Shown: positions 13,502 through 26,627 of the stretch, piece after piece
Position numbering within the stretch: position 1 is the stretch's first letter
Layout: the number at the start of each line of letters is the position of its first letter
Origin: Octopus vulgaris
Lineage: Eukaryota
Direction of reading: 5' to 3'
DNA length: 64,000 nucleotides
Assembly: GCA_951406725.2 (NCBI GenBank)
Contig: OX597842.1
Location: 6,944,001 to 7,008,000, forward strand
Position numbers and translations under genes: made by a program
The notes under the pieces: generated by a model
The model's input: the letters and a program-made list of their open reading frames with translations, nothing else
What the model was told of the DNA's origin: nothing
Database searches by the model: none

Positions 13502-13770
13502 TGTATGTATATGTATATATATCTATATATATATATATACACATATATGTATGTATATGTATATATTTATGTACATACTTATGTATATATGTATGTATGC
13601 ATGAATGTGTATATATATAGATAGGTTGATATAAATATATACATATATGTATATATGTATGTGTGTGTGTATACATATATATTTTTATATATATGTATAT
13701 ATGTGTGTGTGTATATATATATATGTATATATGTGTGAACGTATATATATATATGTATATATGTGTGAAC

Positions 13771-13813
<43 letters not shown>

Positions 13814-14174
13814 TAGATAGATAGGTAGATATACATATAGATATATATGAGAGAAAGAAGGGGTTTTGCGGTGAATGGTGATATCTTAATTACAGTTTTA
13901 TGTGTATGTGTAAAGAGGCTGTCAAAAGCTTCATTCTTTTAATTGTCAGTGGTTTGTTTCTTTTAATTGCCGTGACATATGTAAGTTTGCGTATGTGTAT
14001 GTATATATTTGTGTATGCACATATGTGTGTGAATATAGATGTATGTTTATAAGTACATTTATATTTACATATATAGGTTTGCATATATGTGTGTGTATGT
14101 ATGCTAAAGCCAGTACCCCAGCATGGTCACAGTTCTGGCGCAACAAGTAAAAGAACAAAACAGTATATATACAA

Positions 14175-14213
<39 letters not shown>

Positions 14214-15582
14214 TAAGTATATTTGTATATATGTTTATCTATGTAAACATACATATCTATATATGCATATATATGTATGTGTGTGTACACATACACATGT
14301 ATGTATGTATGTATGTATGTATGTATGTGCATATATGAAGCAGTATACGTGTTTCTTAGAATTGATTATTAGATAAAAAGCAAATTGTGAAGAATCATTC
14401 TGAAATCAATAGTTTATTCATCATCATCATCATCATCATCATCGTTTAACGTCTGCTTTCTATGCTAGCATGGGTTGGACGATTTGACTGAGGACTGGCG
14501 AACCTGATGGCTGCAATTGGCTCCAATCTGATCTGGCAGAGTTTCTATGGCTGGATGCCCTTCCTAATGCCAACCACTCCGAGGGCCAATTAGGCAGTAC
14601 TGGCAACGGCCACGCTCAAATGGTGCTTTTTATGTGCCACCTGCACTGGAGTTGTGCAAACTTATTTACAGATGATAATTCATTTCTGAAAGATTCTACC
14701 AGTTGGACTGAAAATATGTTTAAGAGCCTATTTAACTAACATCCACACTCTTTTTGATATCCAGAAAAGATCTCTGGGCATGTGTATGTCAAAATATATA
14801 TTGTGTATGAAGATTATAATATTATAATGTTATAATATTATTTGGAGCATATTACAACATACCAAAGAAGTGGAATGTTTGGGCCAAGTTAAATACTAAC
14901 GAGTTAATAATGTAGGATGTAATTATATATCTGTATGTGTATTTATATCTATGTGTGTAATCTAGATTACAGTATGCTTCAAATTGAAATATTTACAAAC
15001 AAATGTAAGTAAAATCGTTGTCTTTCACACATACAAGCTTGTCCTTTTAGGTGCTTGTGCCACTTGAAAAGCACCCATGTGGGTGCTGCATAAACACACC
15101 CATGCAAGTGGAATGGAAAAAGCACCCAGCATGCTCTGTTAAGTTGTTAGCATTGGGAAGGGCATCCAGCTGCAGAAATCATGCCTCAACAGACAGCTGG
15201 AATCTGGACTGCTCCCTGCTAGCCAGCTACAAGTGAAACCATCCAACCCATATCAGCATGGAAAGCGGACATTAAATGATGACAATGATGATGATGATGA
15301 TACCAAGCCTTAGAAACAAGGCAATGGCAATTGTGACTATGATCTCTCTGAGGAAACAATTATATTACTTTATAAAGACCCTGCTTTGTATTCATATTTA
15401 TAATTAGCTTTTTGTCATCATAAATCAGAATATAGCTTCAAATATTTCTAATCAGCCTGATGGGCCAAATTAGGAGTATAGCTGATTAGGAAGAGAATTG
15501 TGTGAATGTGTTGGTAGGTTTTGATCTATTGCAGTTTCTGTAATAAGCTCGATTTTTTATAAGGATAGGTTATTAGCCTTCT

Positions 15583-15810
15583 TATTTCTTTACTGCTCAC
15601 AAGGGGCTACACAGAGGGGACAAACAAGGACAGACAAACGGATTAAGTTGATTATATCAACCCCAGTGCATAACAAGTACTTATTTGATCGACCCCGAAA
15701 GGATGAAAGGCAAAGTCGCCCTTGGCAGAATTTGAACCTAGAATGTAGTGGCAGATGAAATACTGCTAAGCATTTCACCCAGTGTGCTAACACTTCTGCC
15801 AGCTCGTCAC
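15583..15810 (-). mobile_element. tRNA-derived SINE, family B, MetaSINE-like (central GTCGACTTTGCCTTTCATCCTTTCGGGGTCGATAAA)
   Basis: Central domain resembles the Meta domain as recalled. Other copies at about 17666-17890(-), 27015-27420(+), 27722-27945(-), 31800-32030(+), 33400-33585(-), 47040-47385(-), 47695-48092(+), 56770-57003(-), 61420-61655(-). Confidence 0.85.
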
Positions 15811-15872
15811 CTCCAAGACTAGGGGTTGAGCAGAAGGCTAATAACCTTCTGCTCAACCCCTAGTCTTGGAGG
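15810..15872. repeat. Perfect 28-bp inverted repeat with 7-nt loop
   Basis: cctccaagactaggggttgagcagaagg-ctaataa-ccttctgctcaacccctagtcttggagg. Confidence 0.95.
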
Positions 15873-16679
15873 ACTGGGTCTTTTTCTCGAGATGGTTGGA
15901 CAGCTTTTATTGTAGCATTGGGGTTGATAAATAAGCAGTAGTTGAGCACTGAGGTTGATTTAATTGACTTAACCCCAGCCCCAAAATTACTGCCCTTGTG
16001 GTAAAATTTGAAGCCAATGTCATTTAGGTGTAATAGCAATTCTTTTATTTGTTTCAGTCATGTGACTGCGACCATACAGGAGCAGTGCCTTTAAGAGTTT
16101 TTTTAGTCAAGAAAGTCTTATTCTTTGTAATCCTAGTACTTATTCTATTGGTCTCTTTTACTGAACATAAGTACACTAACATCAGTTGTCAAGTGGGAAT
16201 GGGACGACAAAAACAAACATAAAGAGACATACACATAAATATTTATATACATATATGATGGGCTTCTTTCGGTTTCCATCTTCCAAATCCACTCACAAGG
16301 TTTTGGTTGACCTGCAGCTATAATAGAAGACACTTTCCCAATGTAGCATGCAGTGGGACTGAACCCAGGATCATGTGGTTGAGAAGCAAACTTCTTACCA
16401 CACAGCCACTCTTGAACCCTAGAATAAATCTGTTTTTTATATCATTTACTTGTTTCAGTCATTTAACCTGTGGCCATACTGAGGCACTGTCTTGACAAGA
16501 TTTTTTTTTTGTTTAGTCAAACAAATTGGCCCCCGGTATTCATTATTTTTGTGTAATGCCTGGTACTTGTATTGGTCTCTTTTGCTGACCCACTAAGCTA
16601 TAGGGGTGTAAACACACCAACACTATTTGTCAAGCGTTAGTGGGGACAAAAACTAACACACACACACACACATGTATAT

Positions 16680-17147
16680 ATAAATTAGAGAAAAACCACT
16701 ATTATGCAATTCAAACAATGGTAGACATAAACCAAATCATAAATAAAAAATAAAATATATTTTAAAACATATATCTAGATCACAAAAAATACAGAAATGA
16801 ATAAACAATATATAATAAGTAAAAAGACCACATACGTTTCATGGCTATAATTTAAATTTGAATTACAATTAAATTTAAATTTAATAGAAAAACTATTCAA
16901 TTTAAAATTATAGTCACTCCTCAGGTCATTTAGGTGTAATAGTAATTCCTTTATTTGTTTCAGTTTTCATTTTTGTATTTTTTGTGATCTAGTTATATGT
17001 TTTAAGATATATTTTATTTATCATTTATGATTTGGTTTATGTCTATCATTGTTTGAATTGCATAATAGTGGTTTTTCTCTAATTTATATATATTATATAT
17101 TTATATTGTGAAATTTGATTTAATACTAAATTGAATTTTTCCCTGTA

Positions 17148-17150
<3 letters not shown>
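16680..17150. mobile_element. Fold-back pLTR remnant with hammerhead-like motif at about 16825-16927 (-)
   Basis: 16680-16800 is inverted against about 16965-17090. Minus strand reads GAC-CTGAGGA-GTGACTATAATTT...AAATTATAGCCAT-GAAA-CGTATG-TG-GTC (cleavage triplet mutated). Confidence 0.65.
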
Positions 17151-17193
<43 letters not shown>

Positions 17194-17906
17194 CATTATT
17201 ATTATTATATATATATATATATGAAGGGTTCTTTCAGTTTCCTTTTATTAAATCCACTCACAAGGCTTTGGTTGGCCTAAGGCTATCGTAGAAGACACCT
17301 GCCCAATGTACCACTCAGTGTCACTGAACCTTACCTATGTATTTTTATTTTCTTCAGTTATTTTATTGCGACCGTGCTGGAGCACCACATTGAAGAATCT
17401 TTAATCCAATGAATTGACTCCAGTACTTTCTTTTAAGCCTGGTACTTATTCCATCGGTCTCTTTTGTTGAACCACCAAGTTACTGGGACATAAACATACC
17501 AACACTGGTTGTAAAGCTGTGGTGGGAGGACACAGACACAAAGATACACACACACACATACATACACACACAAACACACATATATACAACGTGTTTCTTT
17601 CAGTTTTCGTCTACCAAATCCATTCACAAGGCTTTGGTTTGTTGGTTGGAAAGCAAGCTTCTTATTTCTTTATTGCCCACAAGGGGCTAAATGTAGAGGG
17701 AACAAACAAGGACAGACAAAGGGATTGAGTCGATTACATCGCCCCAGTGCATAACTGGTACTTAATTTATCGACCCCGAAAGGATGAAAGGCAACGTCGA
17801 CCTGGGCGGAATTTGAACTCAGAATGTAACGGCAGATGAAATACTGCTAAGCATTTCACCCAGCATGCTAACGTTTCTGCCAGCTCGCCCATTTTTTTTT
17901 CTTTAC

Positions 17907-18024
17907 ACTTACAGCACCTAGGTTTCCCAAGTGGTCATCCATCTAAGTACTTACTAGGCTCAACGTTGCTTAACTTGGGTGATTGGACGAGAACCGGTGC
18001 TTTCAACGTGATATGGCTGTAAGC
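17907..18024 (-). pseudogene. Full-length 5S rRNA retrocopy (processed pseudogene)
   Basis: Reverse complement GCTTACAGCCATATCACGTTGAAAGCACCGGTTCTCGTCCAATCACCCAAGTTAAGCAACGTTGAGCCTAGTAAGTACTTAGATGGATGACCACTTGGGAAACCTAGGTGCTGTAAG is a metazoan 5S with CpG-type decay. It is followed by an A-tail rather than a T-run terminator. Confidence 0.9.
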
Positions 18025-18091
18025 AAGCTTCTTATCACGCAACCACACCAGCACCTACGTATACATACCGCTTTTTCCTTGTGTCCAATAT

Positions 18092-18346
18092 TGTAGTATG
18101 GTTGATATTGTCCATGATAGATAAAGAATACACTCTAACAGTGTTATAACAATACAAAATAGGAACGTAATGAACCAACAATCTTTTACGAACCGACGAT
18201 CAATATTTCCAACACACTAACTCGAACTGTAAACTGTACCTGGACTTCAAAGACCAAACTACAAACTGCCAATTACATCAGACTGCTACTATTTATACCT
18301 AGTGGTTCTGTCTGTTCTCGTCAGAGGGTGTTGTATTCTTGCCACA
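18092..18346 (-). mobile_element. Probable solo LTR (Gypsy-like)
   Basis: Minus strand TGTGG...CTACA termini, internal TATAAATAG, imperfect 4-bp flanks atat/atac. Length 255 bp. Confidence 0.45.
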
Positions 18347-18875
18347 ATACATACAAACTATGTGTGGTGGTGGTGGTAGTGGTGGTGGTGGTGGTGGTTG
18401 TGGTGGTGGTGGTGGTAGTGGTGGTGGTGGTGGTAGTGGTGGTGGTGGTGGTAGTGGTGGTGGTGGTGGCGGGGTGGGGTTCATATATATCCATATATAA
18501 ATGTCCAAACATATTCATATTAGAAAGCATACATATGCGCTTGTGAGTTTCCATCCATGTGTACATTCAAAGAGTTCTGATTCAACAACTGACCAAGGCG
18601 TAGGAGTGGCTGTGTGGTAAGTAGCTTGCTTACTAAACACATGGTTCCAGGCTAAGTCCCACTGCGTGGCACCTTGGGCAAGTGTCTTCTACTATAGCCT
18701 TGGGTCAACCAAAGCCTTGTGAGTGGATTTGGTAGACGGAAACTGAAGGAAGTCCATCGTATATATGTATATATATAACGGGAAGGTTTACGAAAATAAA
18801 CAAAGGACGAAGGCAGGTGGAGTACAAACAAACAAATGTATTAGTATAGCACTCAGGAATAGAAATAGAAAAAGT

Positions 18876-18911
18876 CTTTTATGTTTCGAGCCTACGCTCT
18901 TCAAGAGAAAG
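18876..18911 (-). ncRNA. Degenerate minimal hammerhead-like motif in a pLTR remnant (about 18775-18940)
   Basis: CTTT-CTCTTGA-a-GAGC(gtag)GCTC-GAAA-CA-TA-AAAG. Same family as 20579-20614. Confidence 0.45.
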
Positions 18912-19740
18912 CTACACAGAAGAAACAAGGAGAGAGTTTTTACGAACAAGTTCAGAAGTTTAAAAGTTTGTAGACGTCGTGGTGTATTTCAAGGATTTCA
19001 CATCAATAACAAAGTCACTTTGATCCGTGTAGGAGTATATATATGTATATTTATATATATATATCATCATCATCATCATCATCATTTAACGTTCGTTTTC
19101 CATGCTAGCATGGGTTGGACGATTTGACTGAGGTCTGGTGAACCAGATGGTTGCACCAGACTCCAATCTGATCTGGCAGATGTATGTATGTGTGTGTGTA
19201 TATGTTTATGTGTCTGTGTTTGTCCCCACCAATATTGCTTGACAACCAATGCTGGTGTGTTTATGTCCCAGTAACTTAGCAGTTCAGCAAAAGAGACTGA
19301 TAGAATAAATACTAGGCTTACAAAGAATAAGTCCTGGAGTCAATTTGCTCAACTAAAGGCGGTGCTCCAGCATGGCCGCAGTCATATGACTGAAACAAGT
19401 AAAAGAGTCAAAGAGTAATAAGTAATCCAATTGCTTAATCAGCTCAGCTCCATATTCATTGATTTATTGTTTAAGTGGCTAATTATTCCACAGACACGGT
19501 GTATTCTTAATGTAATCCTAAGGCAGAACCAACGTGGCAGTCTGATTGACAAAGCTGCCCTTTCAATTACTGTTATAGTTAATACATGTCACTTAAACAC
19601 ATTTGCACACATAGGGACAAAACAGTTGGGGAAAATTACACTCAAATACCAAAGGTGAAGTAAAATATCATTTTATTTAAGCTGAAGAAACTTCACCAAA
19701 TATTACAGTTCTATATTTAAGAGATGAGGAATTATGTACA

Positions 19741-19883
19741 TTTACATTATTTACATTCGACGGATATTTGTCCTCATCTTGTTTATTGTTAACACAACAT
19801 TTCGGCTGATATACCCTCCAGCCTTCTTCAGGTGTCTTGGGGAAATTTCAAACATGGGTTCTCATTCCTAAGGTATTCTTCGA

Positions 19884-19917
<34 letters not shown>

Positions 19918-20066
19918 AACATCGAAGAATACCTTAGGAATGAGAACCCAGGTTTGAAATTTCCCCAAGACACCTGAAGAAGGCTAGAGGGTATATTAGC
20001 CAAAATGTTGTGTTAACAACAAACAAGATGAGGACACATATCCGTCAAATGTAAATAATGTAAATA
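19741..20066. mobile_element. Head-to-head fold-back pLTR (about 155-bp arms, (TAT)n spacer) with minimal hammerheads at 19791-19836(-) and 19969-20014(+)
   Basis: GACAC-CTGAAGA-a-GGCTG(gagggtatat)CAGCC-GAAA-TG-TT-GTGTT on -. The + copy has GAAA changed to AAAA. Confidence 0.75.
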
Positions 20067-20578
20067 ATGCAAAATTTTCACCAAATATGTATCATCGTCA
20101 TCATTAACATTAGTGTTCCATACTGGTATGGATCGGACAGTTTGAGAGGAGCTGGTAAGCCAGAGGACTGCACCAAAATCCAGTATCTTGGCATGGTTTT
20201 TACAGTTGGATATCCTTCCTAACGCCAACAGCAAGGTTCTGGGTTCAGTGCCATTGTGTGTCGCTTTGGGCAAGTGTCTTCTGCTATAGCTTCAGGCCGA
20301 CCAAATTCTTGTGAGAGGATTTGATAGACTGAAAATGAAAGAAGCCTAGCACTGACCACTTCCCAGCCCCACATACACACACACACATGTCATGGTCACC
20401 AGCCCTCTTCCACATGCACATACATACTCTCTTATGCACACACACACACCTTAATTTTGGGATTACCACTACTTTATTATCTCCCCTTCTTCCTAACTCT
20501 GCTGTGTGACCCCTCTGTCCGGCATTCACCATGATACATCGCTAGCCACTACACATTCTTTATTTTCTCTCCATGTTC

Positions 20579-20614
20579 CTTTCTGTGGAAGAGCATAGGC
20601 TCGAAACGTTAAAG
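20579..20614 (+). ncRNA. Minimal hammerhead-like motif with A6U core variant in a pLTR remnant (about 20525-20710)
   Basis: CTTT-CTGTGGA-a-GAGC(atag)GCTC-GAAA-CG-TT-AAAG, with palindromic ACGT at stem III. Confidence 0.5.
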
Positions 20615-20744
20615 ACTTTTTCACTTCCCAAACATTGAAAACTAATACATCTGTTTGTTGTCTACACCACCTGTCTTCATTTTTTGTTTTTTTTGTGAAT
20701 TCTCCCCATATAAATACATATAGATATATAAATATATATGGTAC

Positions 20745-21260
20745 CAGTGCCGGTGGCACACAAGAGAAAACCATCCGAAAGTGGCCGTAGCCAGTACCGC
20801 ATCGACTGGCCTCCGTGCTGTGGGCACATGACAAACACCATCCGATCGTGGCCGTAGCCAGTACCGCATCGACTGGCCTCCGTGCTGTGGGCACGTAACA
20901 AGCACCATCCGATCGTGGCCGTTTGCCAGCCTCATCTGGCACCTGTGTCGGTGGCACATAAAAACACCATCCGAGCGTGGCCGTCTGCCAGCCTCGTCTG
21001 GCACCTGTGTCGGTGGCACATAAAAAACACCATCCGAGCGTGGCCGTTTGCCAGCCTCGTCTGGCACCTGTGTCGGTGGCACATAAAATCACCCACTACA
21101 CTCTCGGAGTGGTTGGCGTTAGGAAGGGCATCCAGCTGTAGAAACACTGCCAGATCTGACTGGACTGGTGCAGCTTTCGGGCTCCCCAGACCCCAGTTGA
21201 ACCGTCCAACCCATGCTAGCATGGAAAGCGGACGTTAAATGATGATGATGATGATGATGA
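20745..21260 (+). mobile_element. RTE 3'-UTR copy with about 5-6 tandem ~60-bp units (two unit types)
   Basis: Repeated CACCATCCGAnCGTGGCCGT...GGCAC units, then the standard tail and (GAT)n. Confidence 0.85.
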
Positions 21261-21662
21261 TATATATATATATATATGAGCAAAAGGCCCCCCTCCCCCC
21301 GTCCAATGGACGGTGCTGAGTTGTCAAACATTTAAACCAAATTTTCTCAAAACAACTTGTCCGACCGTCCCATAGGTCTCCCCTTTGAGAAACACTGATT
21401 TAACCTAAATTTGAGACACCAGCAAAAGACTGATGTTCTTGCATGTACAAATGCACATTCCTATGACTTTATGGATCGCATTCTCACTTGGAATCGATTT
21501 TTGTAATTTTTTCAAGACTTATACATGACCTGATAATGTCGGTATCTACATATCAAATTTGAGTACAATCGGATGGAGGATGACGTGATCCTAGAAGACA
21601 CACAGACATCACACACAACGGATTTTATATATATATATACCCAAAAACTTTTCAGCACCTCC

Positions 21663-21714
<52 letters not shown>

Positions 21715-22156
21715 CACCGTGACCGACCAGGCTATCAGATGTTGCTACACATCGCTGGTCACAATGCGCTTCGCATTGTTTTAGCCTTCAAATGACACCT
21801 CACCACTGGCAAAGTGACCAGGCCAACAGAAGAAAGAGTGAGAGAAAGTTGTGGCAAAAGAGTACAGCAGGGATCGCCACTACCCTCTGCCGGAGCCTCG
21901 TGGAGCTTTTAGGGTTTTTTCGCTCAATAAACACTCACAACACCAGTCTGGGAATCAAAACCATGATCCTGCGATCGCAAGTCCGCTGCCCTAACCACTG
22001 GGCCATTGCGTTTCCATACACACACACACACATATAAATTTTAATAATAAGGGTGAAAAATTGAATATCAATTTAAAACCAGTGGCCTAGCATATTGAAA
22101 AGTCTGAAGATTCAGAAAAAATGTAACATATATATATATATATATATGTGTATGCA

Positions 22157-22217
<61 letters not shown>

Positions 22218-22225
22218 CATACACA

Positions 22226-23315
<1,090 letters not shown>

Positions 23316-24200
23316 TTACTTTATTTAAAGTAGCAGAAAATTCAACAAAACCTGTTACTCAGAGGTTTTGTTGAATTTTCTGCTGCTTAAAATAAAGCAT
23401 ATTACTCTACCACTGGTATTTGAGTACTCTTTTTTCCACCTTGTTTCACATTTATGTGTTTTCTCCGGTATATATATATATATATGTATACTGGAGTATA
23501 ATATATATATATATATTTCACTATGTATGTATTACTTTAATACTTTACTGTTCTATGCATTAGAGTGTGCTTCCTTCTTGGATATATATTACATGGACGA
23601 TATATATATATACATATATACACATCATCATCATTGTCATCATTTATTGTCCATTGCCCATGCTGGCAAGCTGGAAAGCTGTACCAGGCTCCAGCCTGAT
23701 TTGGCATGGTTTCTATGGCTGGATGCTCTTCCTAGTGCCAGCCCCTCTGAGTGTGTAATGGGTGCTTTTATGTGCCACCAGCACAGGTGCCATCTGCCTG
23801 ACACCAGTATCTATACCATGACTGCGATTTTATTTGGCTTGATGGATCGGGCTTCTTCTCAGGCATGTCATAATGCCAAAGGTCTCAGTCGTTCATTATT
23901 TCCTCCATGGAGTCCAACACTTGAAAGGGGCTTTTCACGTGTCACCAGCATCTGTAAGGCCCAATGCCGAAAGGTGCTTTTCATGTGCCTCTGCTATTCT
24001 CCTATCAATGCCATCACTGTCATGACCATTGAGTGTGGATGAGCATGCTATTTGTTCTGAGGTGTGTGGCCCATTGACCCTCCCTCTCCACCTTCCACTG
24101 CTAAACCACCCCCTATTTTTTCTTTTTTCTTCTTTTTTTCTTTTTTTTCTTTGTTTCTTGGTATTTAAATGTTATCAATAAAATTTCTGAAATTATATAA

Positions 24201-24810
<610 letters not shown>

Positions 24811-24947
24811 GAGAGAGAAGCCTTCATATAATTTCAGAAATTTTATTAATAACATTTAAATACCAAGAAACAAAGAAACAGAAAAAAGGAAAGAAAAAAT
24901 CAGGACATTTGAAAAAAGGAAATGGGAAAGGGGTCATAATCCCAATA

Positions 24948-25442
24948 CCGTAAATCCTCGAGTATAGTCCGCCCTTGAGTATAAGAGGGATGTACCTCTT
25001 AAAAACCTAAGCCTTGTGTATAATACACACCCCTTCTCTAACTTGAGTCAAGGAGATCTATATAACGTCCTTGGTTTGTAAAAATGTATACGGTAACATC
25101 CTTTATTATTATTGTATATATAACATAATGCAAACGTGTAGCTTTTTTGTGCATTTTGTTTGCAGAAAATAAAGAAATAACAGTAATAACGTTTAATAAA
25201 TGTTGCTTACTGCAAGTTATGGATGATTCTTTTATGACTTCATTGCTTTCAGGATTAGCTTAAGGGATTTTCGCACCCGACATCACAAAATGTGTCTGAA
25301 TAAACATTGCCGGACAGCAAATAGAGACTAGGACATTGCTTAGAAAATCATTTTCATTTCTAACCTCGTGTATAATACTCACTAGGGATTTTGACCTTTA
25401 AATTTTGGGGAAAAAATGCAGATTATACTCGAGGATTTACGG
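24948..25442. mobile_element. Tc2/pogo-like MITE (Tc1/mariner superfamily)
   Basis: TA|CCGTAAATCCTCGAGTATA ... TATACTCGAGGATTTACGG|TA: 19-bp perfect TIR and TA target-site duplication (TSD). Confidence 0.88.
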
Positions 25443-25627
25443 TATATAGAAATACTAACTAAAACTGCAACTTTGTTTCACTTTCCTTTCCCTTTTACTT
25501 CGTATCTTCTTACATTGTTCCAACCTTATGCAACAAATCTCTCTAAAGTTATACTACACAATGCTTCACCAAAACTATGCCATTTTAACTTATCATAAAT
25601 TTATATATTCCATTTTTTTTCTTCCAG

Positions 25628-25673
25628 AATTACTCTTTGAGAGGCTTTACAGCAGAAATAGCTACCATATAAG
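25628..25673 (+). CDS. MEI1: Internal coding exon (46 nt) of MEI1-like gene: (E)LLFERLYSRNSYHI(R)
   Basis: Acceptor ttttttttcttccag, donor AG|gtaaga. Only one frame is open and its phase-2 end matches the next exon. Resembles human MEI1 'EFLFEHLSS' as recalled. Confidence 0.8.
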
Positions 25674-25780
25674 GTAAGATATCTTCCTACTTGCTTACCC
25701 AGCCATATTGGTCATTAATAACTACTATATAAGATTTGATCTACCTATCTAACCCTGTGCATGCATACCTGTGTGATTAA

Positions 25781-26627
25781 CACGTTAACTGCCACGTGTT
25801 CCACAGGTGGATCCTTGCAAACTTCACACAACCACCATAAGCTCCCTTGGTGGTACATTTTCATAATTTGAGAAAATACTTTATTCTCAAGCTAAGTAAA
25901 ATCACTGTCTTCCACACATACAAGGTTGTCCTTTCAGGTGCTGGGGCCACTTAAAAAGCACCCATACCAGTGCGGTGTAAACACACACGTGCCAGTGACA
26001 CGTAAAAAGCACCTGGCACACTCCATTAAATGGCTTGTTTTATGAAGGGCATCCAGTCATAGAAGCCATGCTAAAGCAGACAGTTGGAATCTGGACAGCT
26101 CCCTGCTTGCTGGCTCCATGTCAAACTGACCAATCCATGCCAACATGTAAAAAAAAAATTATATAAATGCACCCTTTTCAAGCCTAGCCAGGCTCATGGG
26201 CCCAGTTTCCCAGTTTCCATGGTGTATGTGTTCCCCAGCTGGATGGGACGCCAGTCCATCACAGCATTACTCATTTCTACAGCTGAGTGGACTGGAGCAA
26301 TGTGAAATGGAGTGTTTTGCTCAAGAACATAATTCATCGCCTGGTCCAGGAATCGAAACCACAATCTTACGATCATGATGCTGACACCCTAACCACTAAG
26401 CCACATGCCAACATGTAAAAGCAAGCATTAAACGATGATGATGATGCTCAACATGGTTTTGAGGGTACTTAAATAACATGAGTGTTAAATATTAAAGTTT
26501 GATTATGAAATATCATAAAAATATTAAAAAATTATATTTCTTTGTAATTAAATAGTATGCAATGTGACCGCGTGAAATACGTGGCATCACCGGTAAGTTT
26601 TAGTGACAGGCTGTAGCAGTTAATGTG
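25781..26627. mobile_element. piggyBac-like MITE with nested RTE 3'-UTR and SINE insertions
   Basis: TTAA|CACGTTAACTGC ... GCAGTTAATGTG|TTAA. Confidence 0.7.

Noticed and set aside
17907-18024. Functional 5S rRNA gene
   Set aside because: Single copy with several substitutions, an A-tail instead of an oligo-T terminator, and a TSD. It is a retrocopy.
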